From positions 5,766,001 through 5,830,000 of the forward strand of contig CM060733.1 of NCBI GenBank assembly GCA_030704615.1: a stretch of DNA of 64,000 nt. The letters are read 5' to 3'. Shown here piece by piece: positions 35,737 through 48,400 of the stretch. Position numbers and translations under genes: made by a program. Each line of letters starts with the position of its first letter. Within the stretch, counting starts at the first letter, position 1. The stretch is from Takakia lepidozioides (taxonomy: Eukaryota; Plantae; Bryophyta). The notes beneath the pieces were generated by a model, which was not told where the DNA came from, ran no database searches, and worked only from the letters and a program-made list of their open reading frames with translations.

Positions 35737-37436
35737 TTAGGCCTTGGCAGCTATGACCTCAGCAATCAAGTTCGCTGCGTCCTGGACTGTGCTGATCTTA
35801 TCAGCGTTATCTTCATCAAACTGAATGTCAAACTTCTCCTCAAGAGCCATCATGATTTCCACCTGAAACCACCGAGCGGATGGGCACTGAATGAGTAGCC
35901 ACTACTTACAGAAGCACCTTCTAGATTCCAGGCTACTTTAGAATAACGCATACGCACAGTAAAAGTCCCAATAGTACTGCACTCGCCTCTATCAGTGTCT
36001 GTCAAACCCACTTAGGACAGTCACGCGAGAATATGCACACATGCACTGAGGTCACAGAAGGAAGCTGATAGAATTCCCATGGGTTAAATCACAGTTTAGC
36101 ACTTGGCACAACTTTCTCACCTCCCTGTACTCTCTTATAATTTGGCTTGGATTTGACACCACAATTTTAAGAAAAGTTCCAACCAAACCAACCAAAAGGG
36201 ATAACTTCTACTCACTGATGTCTGAAAGTCAGACATGTAACATTGGAAGAGAGCTTATGTAACCATGGTTATTAATCCACTAAATAGAGTACTGAATCTC
36301 ATGGAAAGGAGATAATACGAATAGAGTACTAATAGAGTACTGGATCATCCTTTCCATGATCATTACTTCATCCACTTTTTCTTCATCATTTATTGTACAA
36401 GGAGAGGTGCTAGAAAGTGCAAGAGGATGACACTGGTTGTAGCACTGGTGCAGTCTCCTCTTAGGAAGCAGGCGCCAACAAAATTTGTGGAAAGTGTCCT
36501 TTCAAACATTTATTCGAAAATTGACTTTTGAATTTCTTAAAAAATATATAAAAATATCTTACCGTGTCAAGTGAGTCAGCACCAAGTTCTGCAAACTTGG
36601 ACTCTGGCAACACAGAGACTTTTCCAATAGCCAACTGCTTGGCAATGACAGCTTGAACAGCGTCCAATGTCTCGGGGTTAGACTGCACAACCACAATTAA
36701 GAAAAAACTGTGAAGAACAGTACTGGAGTATCCAAATCGAAGCAAACAAATTCGAAAAGGGAGTATTCAACAACATTGATGTCAGCAAGAGAGTAACGTG
36801 GAGGAAAAACGCCTATCCCGCACCCCTAAGTCCTACAGCAATCTTTCCAACTTCGATCAGGAACCAGAAGGTTCACGCACAGCCGGAGTCCTTCGGAGTT
36901 TCTCGACACTAAGAAGAATTGAACTTGTCCTGCATCGGGAATAACTGCACATAACTAAGGCTGGCAGAGGAGTTCCTATATTGAGTCAAAGAAGAACATT
37001 AAGAACTACAGGATCGCGACAAAAAGCGCAGCATATTAGAGCTAACAACCGTGCAGCAACATACGACATAACCTCTCACAATTGATTCTATTTCGTCAAA
37101 CGTTAAGCAGTCAGAGCTTCAACTTACTGCGCATGAGACGCTGAACTGCCGTCTAGAAGCAACCGACCGTACCGCAACCGAGCTCGTTCGCCTCATCACA
37201 GGGAAAGCCTTTAATCCATTGAATCTTGCCACGGGCTGGAGAGGGAGAGGGAGAGGGAGAGGGAGAGCAAGGCGCATTCACAAAGTCAGACACTCAGGGC
37301 TCACATCCAATACACAAACAACTGAGGTAATCTAAAGCTCTAAGAACAAACAAAGACATACCCGTTGCTGCGTGGTAGCGGGACTCAATCCACACGTCAG
37401 GGCGCTCTTCACCAAAGAGGCAGAGACTGAAGCCAT
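35737..37436 (-). CDS. ACP: Plastid acyl carrier protein, 4 exons
   Basis: Exons 37436-37362, 37235-37128, 36682-36563 and 35862-35737. Transit peptide followed by FAELGADSLDT|VEIMMALEEKFDI (phosphopantetheine DSL motif). Confidence 0.95.
37238..37268. repeat. (GGGAGA)n microsatellite serving as the polypyrimidine tract of ACP intron 1
   Basis: Direct reading of the sequence. Confidence 0.85.
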
Positions 37437-39409
37437 CCTGTTAGCAGCAAGTAATCACACCAACAAAGACTCCAACGACTATTATCAACACGCGAGAAAC
37501 CTTAAGCCTTCCGCCATGAAATGCCCCTTTCAGAGAGTGGAAGGCGCCCGAGGCTTCCACGGCGGAAGCCTCAAGGCAGGCCTTGGCGGAGGCCCCTAGG
37601 CACCCGGTCCTACCCGTACTCCCACTCCCGCCCTTCTGCAGGGTCGGGTAGCTCAAGGCAGGTGGCGGACTAGCCCGCCCGGATTGAGCTGGGTTCCACA
37701 AGTGCGCACGAAAATCTCCACATCTGCCACGTGGTTGAAAACTGACTGTATACTGACACACACTATATTAGTGTCAGAACTTTTTGACCGCAAGAATCCG
37801 AATATTATAACTTGTTTTTGGGACGCTTTAAGTTCTATCGAATTTCCTTTTGTTTTTTTTGGTATCCCAAAAACAAGTTATAATACTCTGAGCCCGAGGG
37901 AGCAGACCGAGAAAGGCGGAAGTACCTCGGGCCAGTGATTTCCCCTGCATAAAGATTTTTCAACCTTATTTCTTTTCAACTTATTTCGAGCTCGGGAGGA
38001 AAAAGGCAAGAAGGAAACAAATAGAAAGATAAAGAAAAGAAAATTCCAGGGCCTCTGTCCCCTGTTTCTAAAAAGAAACCAAAAAACAAATAGCCAGCCT
38101 TACAGGGAAATTTCCCCTAAGATATCTTACGCGGGATATGCCCGCATCGGGAAATTCCGCAGTCCCTAGCCATCAGATTTCATCCATTTAGGGCAATTCT
38201 TTACGAACGGGCTATGGCGGAAGCGAAGCTAAATGGTTAGCGAACACTAGCTAAGGGGGACTGCTAAAACAATGGAGACGTTGGGACAAAGTGACGGGTT
38301 AGCGTGGCGGAACCCTACAAGTTAGGATTTAGAGAAGGTTTTAGTGAAACATCGCGGAGGAGAGCGGCAGCTTCCCCTTCTCGAATTGTTCTACTCTTTG
38401 GCTGCAATCAAGAGAAGGGAATGAGCGGGTTATTTAGCCGCGTTAACTGCATTTTGGTCCCAATAGCATTAATAATGTGACCCGTGTGACCCCGCTCTAA
38501 GGTATCGAGAATCACAAGCTTTTGTGAGAGAATGGAGAGAAAAATGGAGATGGTTGAAGAAGCTAACCCGCAGATTGGACTATCATCTGCTGATTGTTTC
38601 TCTCACAGAAGGGGAAGATCCAGACATTGAGCAAGCAGTTTGCCACAGTTGCAAGAGAAGAATTTTCAAAGAATTTATCTCGATGATGTACAGGTACCTC
38701 TCTTGATATGGAGCTTGAAAGGTTGAAGTCGGTGTGCAAACCATTCTCTAAATGAGTTGTTGGTGGTCAAGAGGACAAGGACCCCTGGAATTTCGAAGCC
38801 ATTGCGCAGGAAGAGGTGCAATCTGAAGTGTGTGAACTCAACTATAGGTACTAGTGATATCTGTAGCTTTGTACCAACTTCGTAAGGTTGGCAGCCACAT
38901 TTTGTGAGGCACTTGTGGTGTTGTTAAGCCTCCCTACCACACCCATGCTGAAAGTATCGTGTAATCATCGCACTGTACAGAAAGTTCGATGTCAAGCTAA
39001 AGATTCACTTTAGTCATGAGATTCTCTCAGTTTCTAGAATGACATATGCTGCAATCTTAGTTTCAAGTGACAATCTGGCACCACCCCTTCCATATCATTT
39101 ACATTGGAAACTCATTGTCTTATGGTAAGCGCAATAGTGTGGCAAAGACAAGATAAAAAGTTCTCTGTGCGAATGCACTGTTATATTTCATGCAGCAGAC
39201 TGGTTCAACAGGCCACTGCAAGAAGTTGCCGCAAAGTTTCCCTAAGAACCTCTAATAGATCCACTTCAAGCTGTAGCAGTACATATTGGGCAATGATAAG
39301 GACATGAAACACGGTTTTAAGTGCCCCAGAAGATTGATTCAAGCTTTTGCTACAATCATGCCTGGACATGACACAAGACACAAAATGGAACAAATAGAAT
39401 TTACATTGT

Positions 39410-42400
39410 TTAGAGTACTTGAGGTCTTGATTGAACCACCATAAAGATCCCATTACTGTATGCTCCCTCTATATCCTGCAACACAGAAAGTGTGGTAGTT
39501 AATGGAATTTGCAAAACGGCCAGCTCTGATCTGAAAAACCCACCAGATATTGAGACCATAATTCCAGAAAACAATTTACTTGTGGCCATTTTGAAAGTTA
39601 GTGAACAGAGGTGCAGGGACTACGTTCTTGATGGTCAAGGGTCACTTGCTCAAGAGAATACCCTGGACATTGCATCAGAAAATGGATATTGTCTTCAAGC
39701 TGCCCGCACAGTGGGCATTGACAATATTCCTTTCCTCTCTGCATCTGTAGACTCCCCGCCCTGAGTTTAAATTTTCAGTCTAGTTCCAAGGGTATGCAGG
39801 CCCTTCAGATCATCCTTAAAGTCCTCACCCATGTCACCCACTGGAAACAAGTTCAGAGAAGTTCTATGCCTAACTTCGTTTTGTTCTGATATTCTTCGTG
39901 CTTCCGACATGGCTTTGGACACTTTAGCTTCCAAGTCAGCTTCATCTAGCGTCAGAAAGAGACCAGAGATGGTTATATTATCATCCAAATGCCTGACATT
40001 GATGCCCTCATATTTTCGGTTGAAGCAGCTATTTACCTGGGGTTGCCCATGGAATGCAGCTTCCACCTCCATTCCAACCTTCGCAACCCCTTGCATTAGC
40101 TCTTCTCGGAACTACAATATGATCCAAGATAGCAGGCGCAATGTCAGCTCTAGGAATTGCAGGTCTCGGATCGATTTAATTATGATTGCACTTATTAAAC
40201 CCAATCCTTCTAAATGCAGAATCACTGCAACAGTGATAAAGCAATTAATCTTCCAATCCAATGACATTATCCTAGAGGTGCCCAGATCAGCAGCATAATT
40301 AGTTCCTGTGTACAGTAGTGATTCCTAAAAATCAAACACATTTTTGATGATGAAGAAGGCTACTTACATCACTGTCCCACAGCAAGCGCTCCTTTGAGTA
40401 ATCCACCATAACTTCTTTGGGTGGATCAGTGAGGATACTTTCATACCTGTGCAAGGTCCAGCAAGTAAGACAAGTGTGTATGAATTCAATCCTGTTCCTG
40501 AATAGATAAAGGAAAACTTGAATGGTTTTGCAGCTTCCCCATTTGACATTGGTGGCTGCACATACCTTCACAATCTAGTGAAAGATTTAGTAATTTGTTA
40601 CAATCTGACTTACTTTGCTCAAACTTTCATCAACCTCAAGGGGGAAGTCACAAATCTGGGTAGTGGCTTACATACAGATGAGCAAACAAATTATGCACCC
40701 ATATAAAGGCCTTGTGAGCAAACTGTCCGACATGTTTGTCATTGAAGGAAGAGTTGAAAGAAGGGATGAAGTGAAGGAGCTTACAAGCCAGCACCCGCAA
40801 AAGTCTCCAGATCTTCTCCATTAGAATCCGAACGAGCAATCAAAGAATTGTTGGGTGCATACAGACAGACAGCCTTGGACGGCATCGACAATATTTGTGT
40901 CCCTGCACCCCTACCGGGAGTCAAAACTCGATTAACTTCTGGCAGTTGCGAAGGTGCTGCAACCCTTTCTGTGGACTCAGAAATTGAAGTCCTCAACAAT
41001 ATCAAAGGTGTGATCTGCTCAGGAGCCTGTAAGTCCTGTCAGCAATACCAAAAAGTGGACGACACATGGGCTGAAAACTTGAAATTGATACTGACTTGAG
41101 TTAGAGTCCTTGGTAATGCTGTAGCTGAGGGCACGTCCTCTGTAGTTTCCAACCAACACCTCTCCCAACCCTGCCACTATCTGCACACCGTGTATTGTGT
41201 GTATGTATGAGAAAGAATGTACTCATAAGACGTTTGCCAAAGCCTTGTGGCAATAAAACCCCACGCCCAGTTTGGGCAGAACTAAAGGGAACAGACACTA
41301 CCTTTGTGAGGGCTCACCCCGGCAGTGGGACTTACCATGGTGTTGCCAATTAGTTCGGCCTTTCCAGATATCCTCTAGAAAGCCCTTGACACAAGCATCA
41401 ACCTGATGTGTGTGATCTGCCAAGCAATTACACCCAACAGGGCCATGGCTTTAGGCTAAGATTTTTAAAGTTGGTGAACAGAGGTGCAGGGTGCGCGCGT
41501 GTGTGTGTGTTTGTGAGAGAGAGAGAGAGAGAGAGCTCTCACAAGACTTTGTGGGCGGTAGTCTCGTGGCCATAGACCCTGGACGGAACAAGAAGGAATA
41601 GACACTAACTTTGTGAGGGGTTCACTGGTAGTGGGACTTACCTTGATATAAGCAATTAGTTCAGGCTTTCCAGGTTCCTCTACACTCCTTCACACAAGCA
41701 TCAATTGGCTGTGTGTGAGCAGCCCAAAATTTAGACCCCAACAGGGCCAGGGCTTTGGGCTCAGCCTCAAGATTTTGAAAGTTGGTGAACAAGGTGCAGG
41801 AACCATGTTCTTGATGGAAAGAGAGGGAGCACCAACTGAAGCCACCATAAATAAGAGCCCTCTTCCAAGTATACATCTGCCTCCTTTCAGAGGTGGTGAC
41901 CAAGAAAAAATAGCTACTGTGCTATAATTTATCCACCCTCAATTTTACATTTGTTGAGAATCAGGGAGGTGAAGGGCTAGGGGGCAGGTCCCTCGAACCC
42001 TAGTGGCGATGACTGTAAGAAGAGTGTTCCAACCTTCCTGTCGGAAGGCTAAAAGATGAGGGAGCAATATTTTAGATATTCTTTGCACTGGTTTTGAGTG
42101 GGGACATCATTTCAATAAACACAAATTGAAGTGATCAACACAACACGAGTTTTACAGATTCATATAGCAACCAATGTCAACACACAACAGGAGAAGATGT
42201 TGCGATGGGATGCTGGAGGTTCCTGAAGGAAGCCTTGATGGATCTACCTCACAAAACATGATGTTGGGATCCTTTGAAATGGGGTGCGCTGTATGCACAA
42301 CAAATGCATACTCTGCAGGCACCACTTTCTGAAGCAAGCAGCCCATGTACAGCACATTGTCAGCCATCCCTCTTGCTCGCCGGCTTAGCCTGCATGTTCA

Positions 42401-45400
42401 ACATGCAGACCTCAAGTTGACTCTCCAATACCAGAACCTATCAAGGTTTTTGCAGGTATACTCGGGAACAACTGGACAGATGACCTCATTATTACAATTC
42501 TAGAATGAGCGGCGATATAGTTGAGAAGCATTTATACCATTTAAGGAACTCTATTGTGTCCAGCAACTAAGATGCGGTGTAATCATAACATGCAGGTAGC
42601 ACAAATACTTATCTGTCTAGCCAGCCAGTAAAAGAATAGTATGGCATCATGTGGTAGCACCTACCAGGCTCTATGAGTCCACTTGCTTGCCCATACATGA
42701 CAAATAGAGCGCCACGCTGCATCCCATAGCTGCTTACTCTTCCAGGCCCCATCCTCTATCAGTCCAGTTGCCTCTGCTGCACTTGCTAGTGCCTCTTGTA
42801 AGGGTATAGGGGCCATGACCTCATTGCCGACCAAACCTCTGACAAATTCTAGCTCTGTGGGAAGCCTGCCCCTAATGAAAATTCCATGAAACTCTTAATT
42901 CTCTAAGACAAATTTGGTACCATACTGCAGTACCTTCTTGATGTTACTGCTAGGACATCCAACCATTTTCTGCTTGACTCTTGTATTCCCCACAGGAAAC
43001 CAGTGGGAAGGGATTTTAGTACAGTAATCTAGTAGCTTGCACAACCTCCCTGTCCACGTCATTGGTTTTTATAGATATGTCTGGCAGCCTCCACCACCAA
43101 ACTTTTTACCACAATCCCGCCAAAGCTGCAGCCTACCAAGAAAGAAGAGTTTCACAAAATCCAGGAAAGAAAGAAAGTACTTAAGAGAACAAGCGAAAGA
43201 AAAAAATATACTCATGCCATTCCCTGCAAACATTGGCCTGCAATCGACGGCCATCAACCCCATGGGAAACTAACCATCCCGGACCTTTTGTGGGTTCGCG
43301 CCCACCAGGGTAGGGCTTATGCCTACAGCTCAGGAAAATTTAAATCAGAAATAAATTAAGAAAGAGCAAGAGACAGAGAGAGCCATAACACCTACCTGCT
43401 GTGCTTATTGGCATCTTCCAGCCTTTTAAGGCTGTAGTTCAGCGTGGATGCAATACTTGCATTGACAGAGTCAGCCATGACCTCCTCAAACACTCCAATC
43501 GGGAGGGCAATGGAGGGTGGTAGCTGTATATTGCATTGCACAATCAAATGTTAGTCAGTTGACATTACCTGTATCCATTTTCCCCTAGTAGAAAAACTAA
43601 AGAGTTATCTTGGAGGGAGCAAATCTGACCTGAATTTTTGCATCACCCAAAAGCTTGCGCAGCCTGAAAAGGTTTGCTGATTTGGCTCCCACTTTGCCGT
43701 TCTTGAACTCCTTCTCAGTTAACACCCACTCCCCCGTCTGATGGGCACATCATACATGTGACAAGGTCAGACTGGTATACCAATCCTTTCTACAGTTCAC
43801 AAATGTTCATCAAATTTTGGAGGACACCAACCCATTAGCCTAGCAATTGACCTTTTCCAAGACACGTGGGAGTATTGGCTGCATGATCCGCACCTTTACC
43901 TCCATCAAAGGTCAAGCCCGCCTAAAGTGAGCATCTTCAGACCACTTATGGTCCAAGGGCAGGAACAATGCCAATGAATTTCAGTACTAGGAAGCTCAGG
44001 GTGCTGCATGTGGAAGAGCAGGTGCTAGACAAATTACTGAGTAAACCTTAACTTGTTTGAAATCTGTAGCACTACACACCATTGTAATAGTAATTTCTCT
44101 GAGGTGTATTAGATGCTATGATAGTGTGGCCAAACCTTCATTCTTTTCTGATTCTTGTCTATCTGAAACAAGCTTATAGAAAGACCCTCTTCTCTGTGAA
44201 TGATGTAAAATTTACAAAAATTATGAAACATATTGCAGGTTTAGATGATGGGAATACCCTAATTTTGTTAGGGACCTTAGGGGTTGATGGTGTGGCAGCT
44301 GGAGACATAATGGCCATATGTAGAAATATCATACACAAGAGTCACATTAGTGAATATAACACATGTACTTTGTGAGACAATACAGGTTTAGTTTTGGAAA
44401 TGACTAGGGAAAACTTAAATATGAGCAATCTGAATGTGAGATGAGGACCCCTGACCTACTGAGAGGCTTATTCCCAAATACATTCTAGTTTGAGCAAGGA
44501 ATCTTTGCTAGACAGGTTTTACTTACAAATTAGTTGGACATTCATAGATTCTTGGGCAGTACAAGACGCATCATTTGTAAGCTCCTGGGTAACAAGCATC
44601 TGACCTGAGCCATCCACTACCACCACCACATTCTTCCCTGCATCCACAGCTTTCCAAATGAAGTGTATGATCACAGGAGGGCCATATCAAACTGTGAAGC
44701 GACGCATGCAGAAGCAAGCAATAGTAACAGTAGGTATTCTTTCAATGGCTAAACTGAAAAGATATTTTCATTTGCCTTGGTTTCTCTTCTGTCATGAGTT
44801 GATTCTCTTGTCAGCCTACCTATGGTAAATTAGGTTGAAGTACGAAGATCAAGAAATAGCACATGCTTTAGAGAGCTGCTTATATGGAGACCATATCAGT
44901 GAGAGCCAATTTTATCTGCTCCACTCAATCTAGTCTCCCCTATTAAGTCATTCAATTAGTGAAAATAAAGTCATGTTAAAAACATTCAAGATATGCACCT
45001 TCCAGTTGTTTAAGAGAGCTGAATTCAGCCGTGTCAAAGCAGCTTGCCAGTAGAACCTGCCAGGGTCACAGGACAAAAGTTGCTTCTTCAGTAACATGAA
45101 AGCTTGCATCTTCCAATCCATGCCAAACCGAAGTGTACAACAGCTAGTGTAGAGCTGAGCCCCAAAACATAAGTACATTATGGTACTTCCAAAGTCAGTA
45201 CTTCACCCCTCTGTCCCATTGTTGATGCAACAAGAAGCGAGTGCTCAATACTATGCTACAGAAGATCTTACCCCGCAGTTCCGTGCCCGAATAGCAACAT
45301 GGCTGAGTACATCCGTAGTGCACGCGCTTAGCACTGCAGTTACACCCTCTGGTATATCCTCCGTTCCCCCCAGCTGCACACAAGGATATTGAACCCAGTT

Positions 45401-48400
45401 TTTTCCTAAGTATGTAAGTTCTTTTTGTTTCTTTTGTCCCATAAGAGCTTTGAGCTTTCTGCGGACGTTATAAAGTTCCATTTAATTTTATTTCATTTGC
45501 TTGTTATCTTGGTTTCATTTCATACTGAATCTCTTATCATCGTCCGAAGCCATTATCAGTTCCACCATGACCTTTATTACACTCCATGGGTATATTAGAG
45601 ATGCCAGTATGGACCCATTGTTTGCTGCGATAGAAATTCTCCAAGCATGCACCAGTTGATACTAGTATTTGGGAGAAAGTGTGCGTACTACATCCGCAAG
45701 CACTACTTGGGAAGACTTGAAAACTGAACCCTGAATAGATGCCAGTGAGGGCAGCAACATTAAAGTCCCACTTGCCATTGCCTGGTGGCTCACAATCTGC
45801 ATCCCATTTCCCATCACAAGGTCAGATCTGGGGTTCTGATATGTATGTATCAAACTTTGACTTCTAAGGCACACTGTCATTTGGTGAATGTATTTAAGCC
45901 AATACTTGACTTTTGCTAACCTCAATGCAGGGAAATTGGGAGGAATATTGTGAATGACAGACAATCACTGGCCAAGTAGGAGTTACCTCCAGCAGAAATC
46001 ATAAAACGAACAGAGGCACTTACTGGTGTGATTGCATGCAGTAAAATAGATTCAGAACAAAATGTTTACACTATCTGCAACAGTCAACCACGTCCCTTTA
46101 CTGCACGAACTAGCCAAGCAGTGAAGCAAAGTGAGGGGACACAATACATGCCTGCCAAGAGCCTACACCTGCTGTAGCGCGAAGCATTGGTTGTATTTTT
46201 TGGGTGAGAAGGGACAAGTTGAACAATGACTGCCCACGCACAACCTGACAGAACAATACGAGCTTACGAGTTGGAAGCATACTTGTGGATTGTGATTAAG
46301 AGGTGCTCTTCTCAAGGTAGCATATTGCATGTACAGTGTTACAGAGTAGTACTAACACACATCTAGACACCATGATCCAAGAATGTCCATGAGAAGGTTT
46401 TCTGGAAGCTCACACAAAAGCAAGACGCGTGCTGATTACAACTCTTAGTGAATGGACAATCATGCAAAGATGCACATGAAAATCAGGCTGTCATACAGGA
46501 ACCGACCTCCTCACCAAAATTGCTGATGTAAGAATCTGGAATTCCGCAAAGCCTACCCAGGGCATCACCATGTGGCTGCACCAGTCCGTATATCTCATCC
46601 ATATAGCCTGTCCATTATCCCCCATTCGATCCTTACAACTGTAAGTGCTTGTACCACCATGAATTCACCGGCTAGAAGCAACAGACAAATTGTTTGCAGC
46701 CTTGATAAATCCGACAGATTTGAATCTTGAATTTCCTACTGACTAATTGTGATAAATGTCTAGCAGATACTTGGCTAGATGCCATTAAAGTTTTTAAGGA
46801 CATGTTTAACAGAAAGGTTTCCTGCAAATATAAACACATCCCAACGATTGATAAGAACGTGCACCTTGCAAAGCAAGACTTATACGGTCAATGGCAGCCA
46901 TAGCAAGTAAAGCCCACTCCTGTGTCCATCTGGCTTGACCCTTGACCTGATTTTTCCACCCAACCAACAACGTACTCTCAACATCCAATACACCACTTCC
47001 ATTTGATAGGATTCGACGATTCCTCTGCAAAAGTGGTTTCTATAGAAGAAGTCAAATAAGCATTATGTTTTCTTGAAAAGTAGCACTTTGATTACTTGAA
47101 TGTAGAAGAGTCCCTTCAAATCGCATCTTTCAGTTCTTAGACAACTGACAGGGTGGGCTGTACCTTGAGCCAGTACACAAAGCACATGTTGAGCTCCTCG
47201 CTCTCAGAGGCTATGCAGGCATTCTCCATAGCTAATGCAATCAGCTCACACAGATCATCTCCAGACAATGCTGTCTGCTTGTAAAAATACTGAAACCGGT
47301 TGAGTCTTGACACTTTTTCGAACTTCAGCCACAACAGCTGAAAATTCTGAACTTTGTTACTCCCTCCCTGCTTCTCTATAAACTAAACTATAGAAGCAGC
47401 GCACAGCGGAAGAGACAGAAAGTGCCTTACCTTATCAATGCGAGCCAAGCACAAGCCAAAGAATCCATCGAGAGCTATGTCCAGAAGCACCACATCCCTA
47501 CTTGCCCATTCAGCTCGCCAGACATTTTCCAGTCGCCTCCGGGCCTCCACCACTTTCCCTGGAATCCACCTGCACCCTTTCAACAAAGTCTCGCAATTGG
47601 GTCCTGCTTCCATTATTGTCCCCAGTCCTGTTTGGTGTTGGTGGCTGAAGCTTATGCTCTTTCACTTCATGTGTTGAAAGGTGGTTTATTAACTCTCCCC
47701 TGCTTTGGTCTATTTTGGGACTTTCTCTGTTCCCATGTGCCCTTCGGAGCTTTGTTTCAGGCATGAGGCCTTCACCCTTAGACAATCACTCGAGCAATAG
47801 ATTTTATTTTTGGCTTTGTTTTGTTTCCTCTCTCATGTTTTCTTCCATTTTGTCCCATAAGCTCTATGAGCTTTCCGTTATAAAGCACCATTCCATTCCA
47901 TTCTTTCTTTTGTTATAAAGTACCATTTCATTTCATTTCCTCTGGTTGCTTGTCTGTTGGGTTGACCTGTACTGGCTTGGCCTGAAGTGCAATGGCAATC
48001 AGCTGGTATATATCTTCAATTTGATCCAAGAAATTGACCCTTTGCACCCCACAACAATACAAGAGAATGTACCCATGCTGTTCCCTGCGAACGTTAGCTT
48101 GCCATAGCCTTACAGCCATTGACCCCACAGGAAACTAACCCTCCCGGAGCCTTTTGTGGGGTTCACACCCACCAGGGTTTGACAATACAAGAGAATGTAC
48201 TCATAAGACGTTATTTGCCGTAGCCTTGTGGCCATAGACCCATATTGGGTTTAACAATACAACAGAAACACATAAAGACAGAGGGACTAACCAAGCATCC
48301 CGGTTGGAGCAGATATGATAAATCATTGCCTTAAGATCATCATCGAGCAAACCTTTGCTCATCTCCATGGCCACATCGACATCTGCCCCCGAGTGCACCG

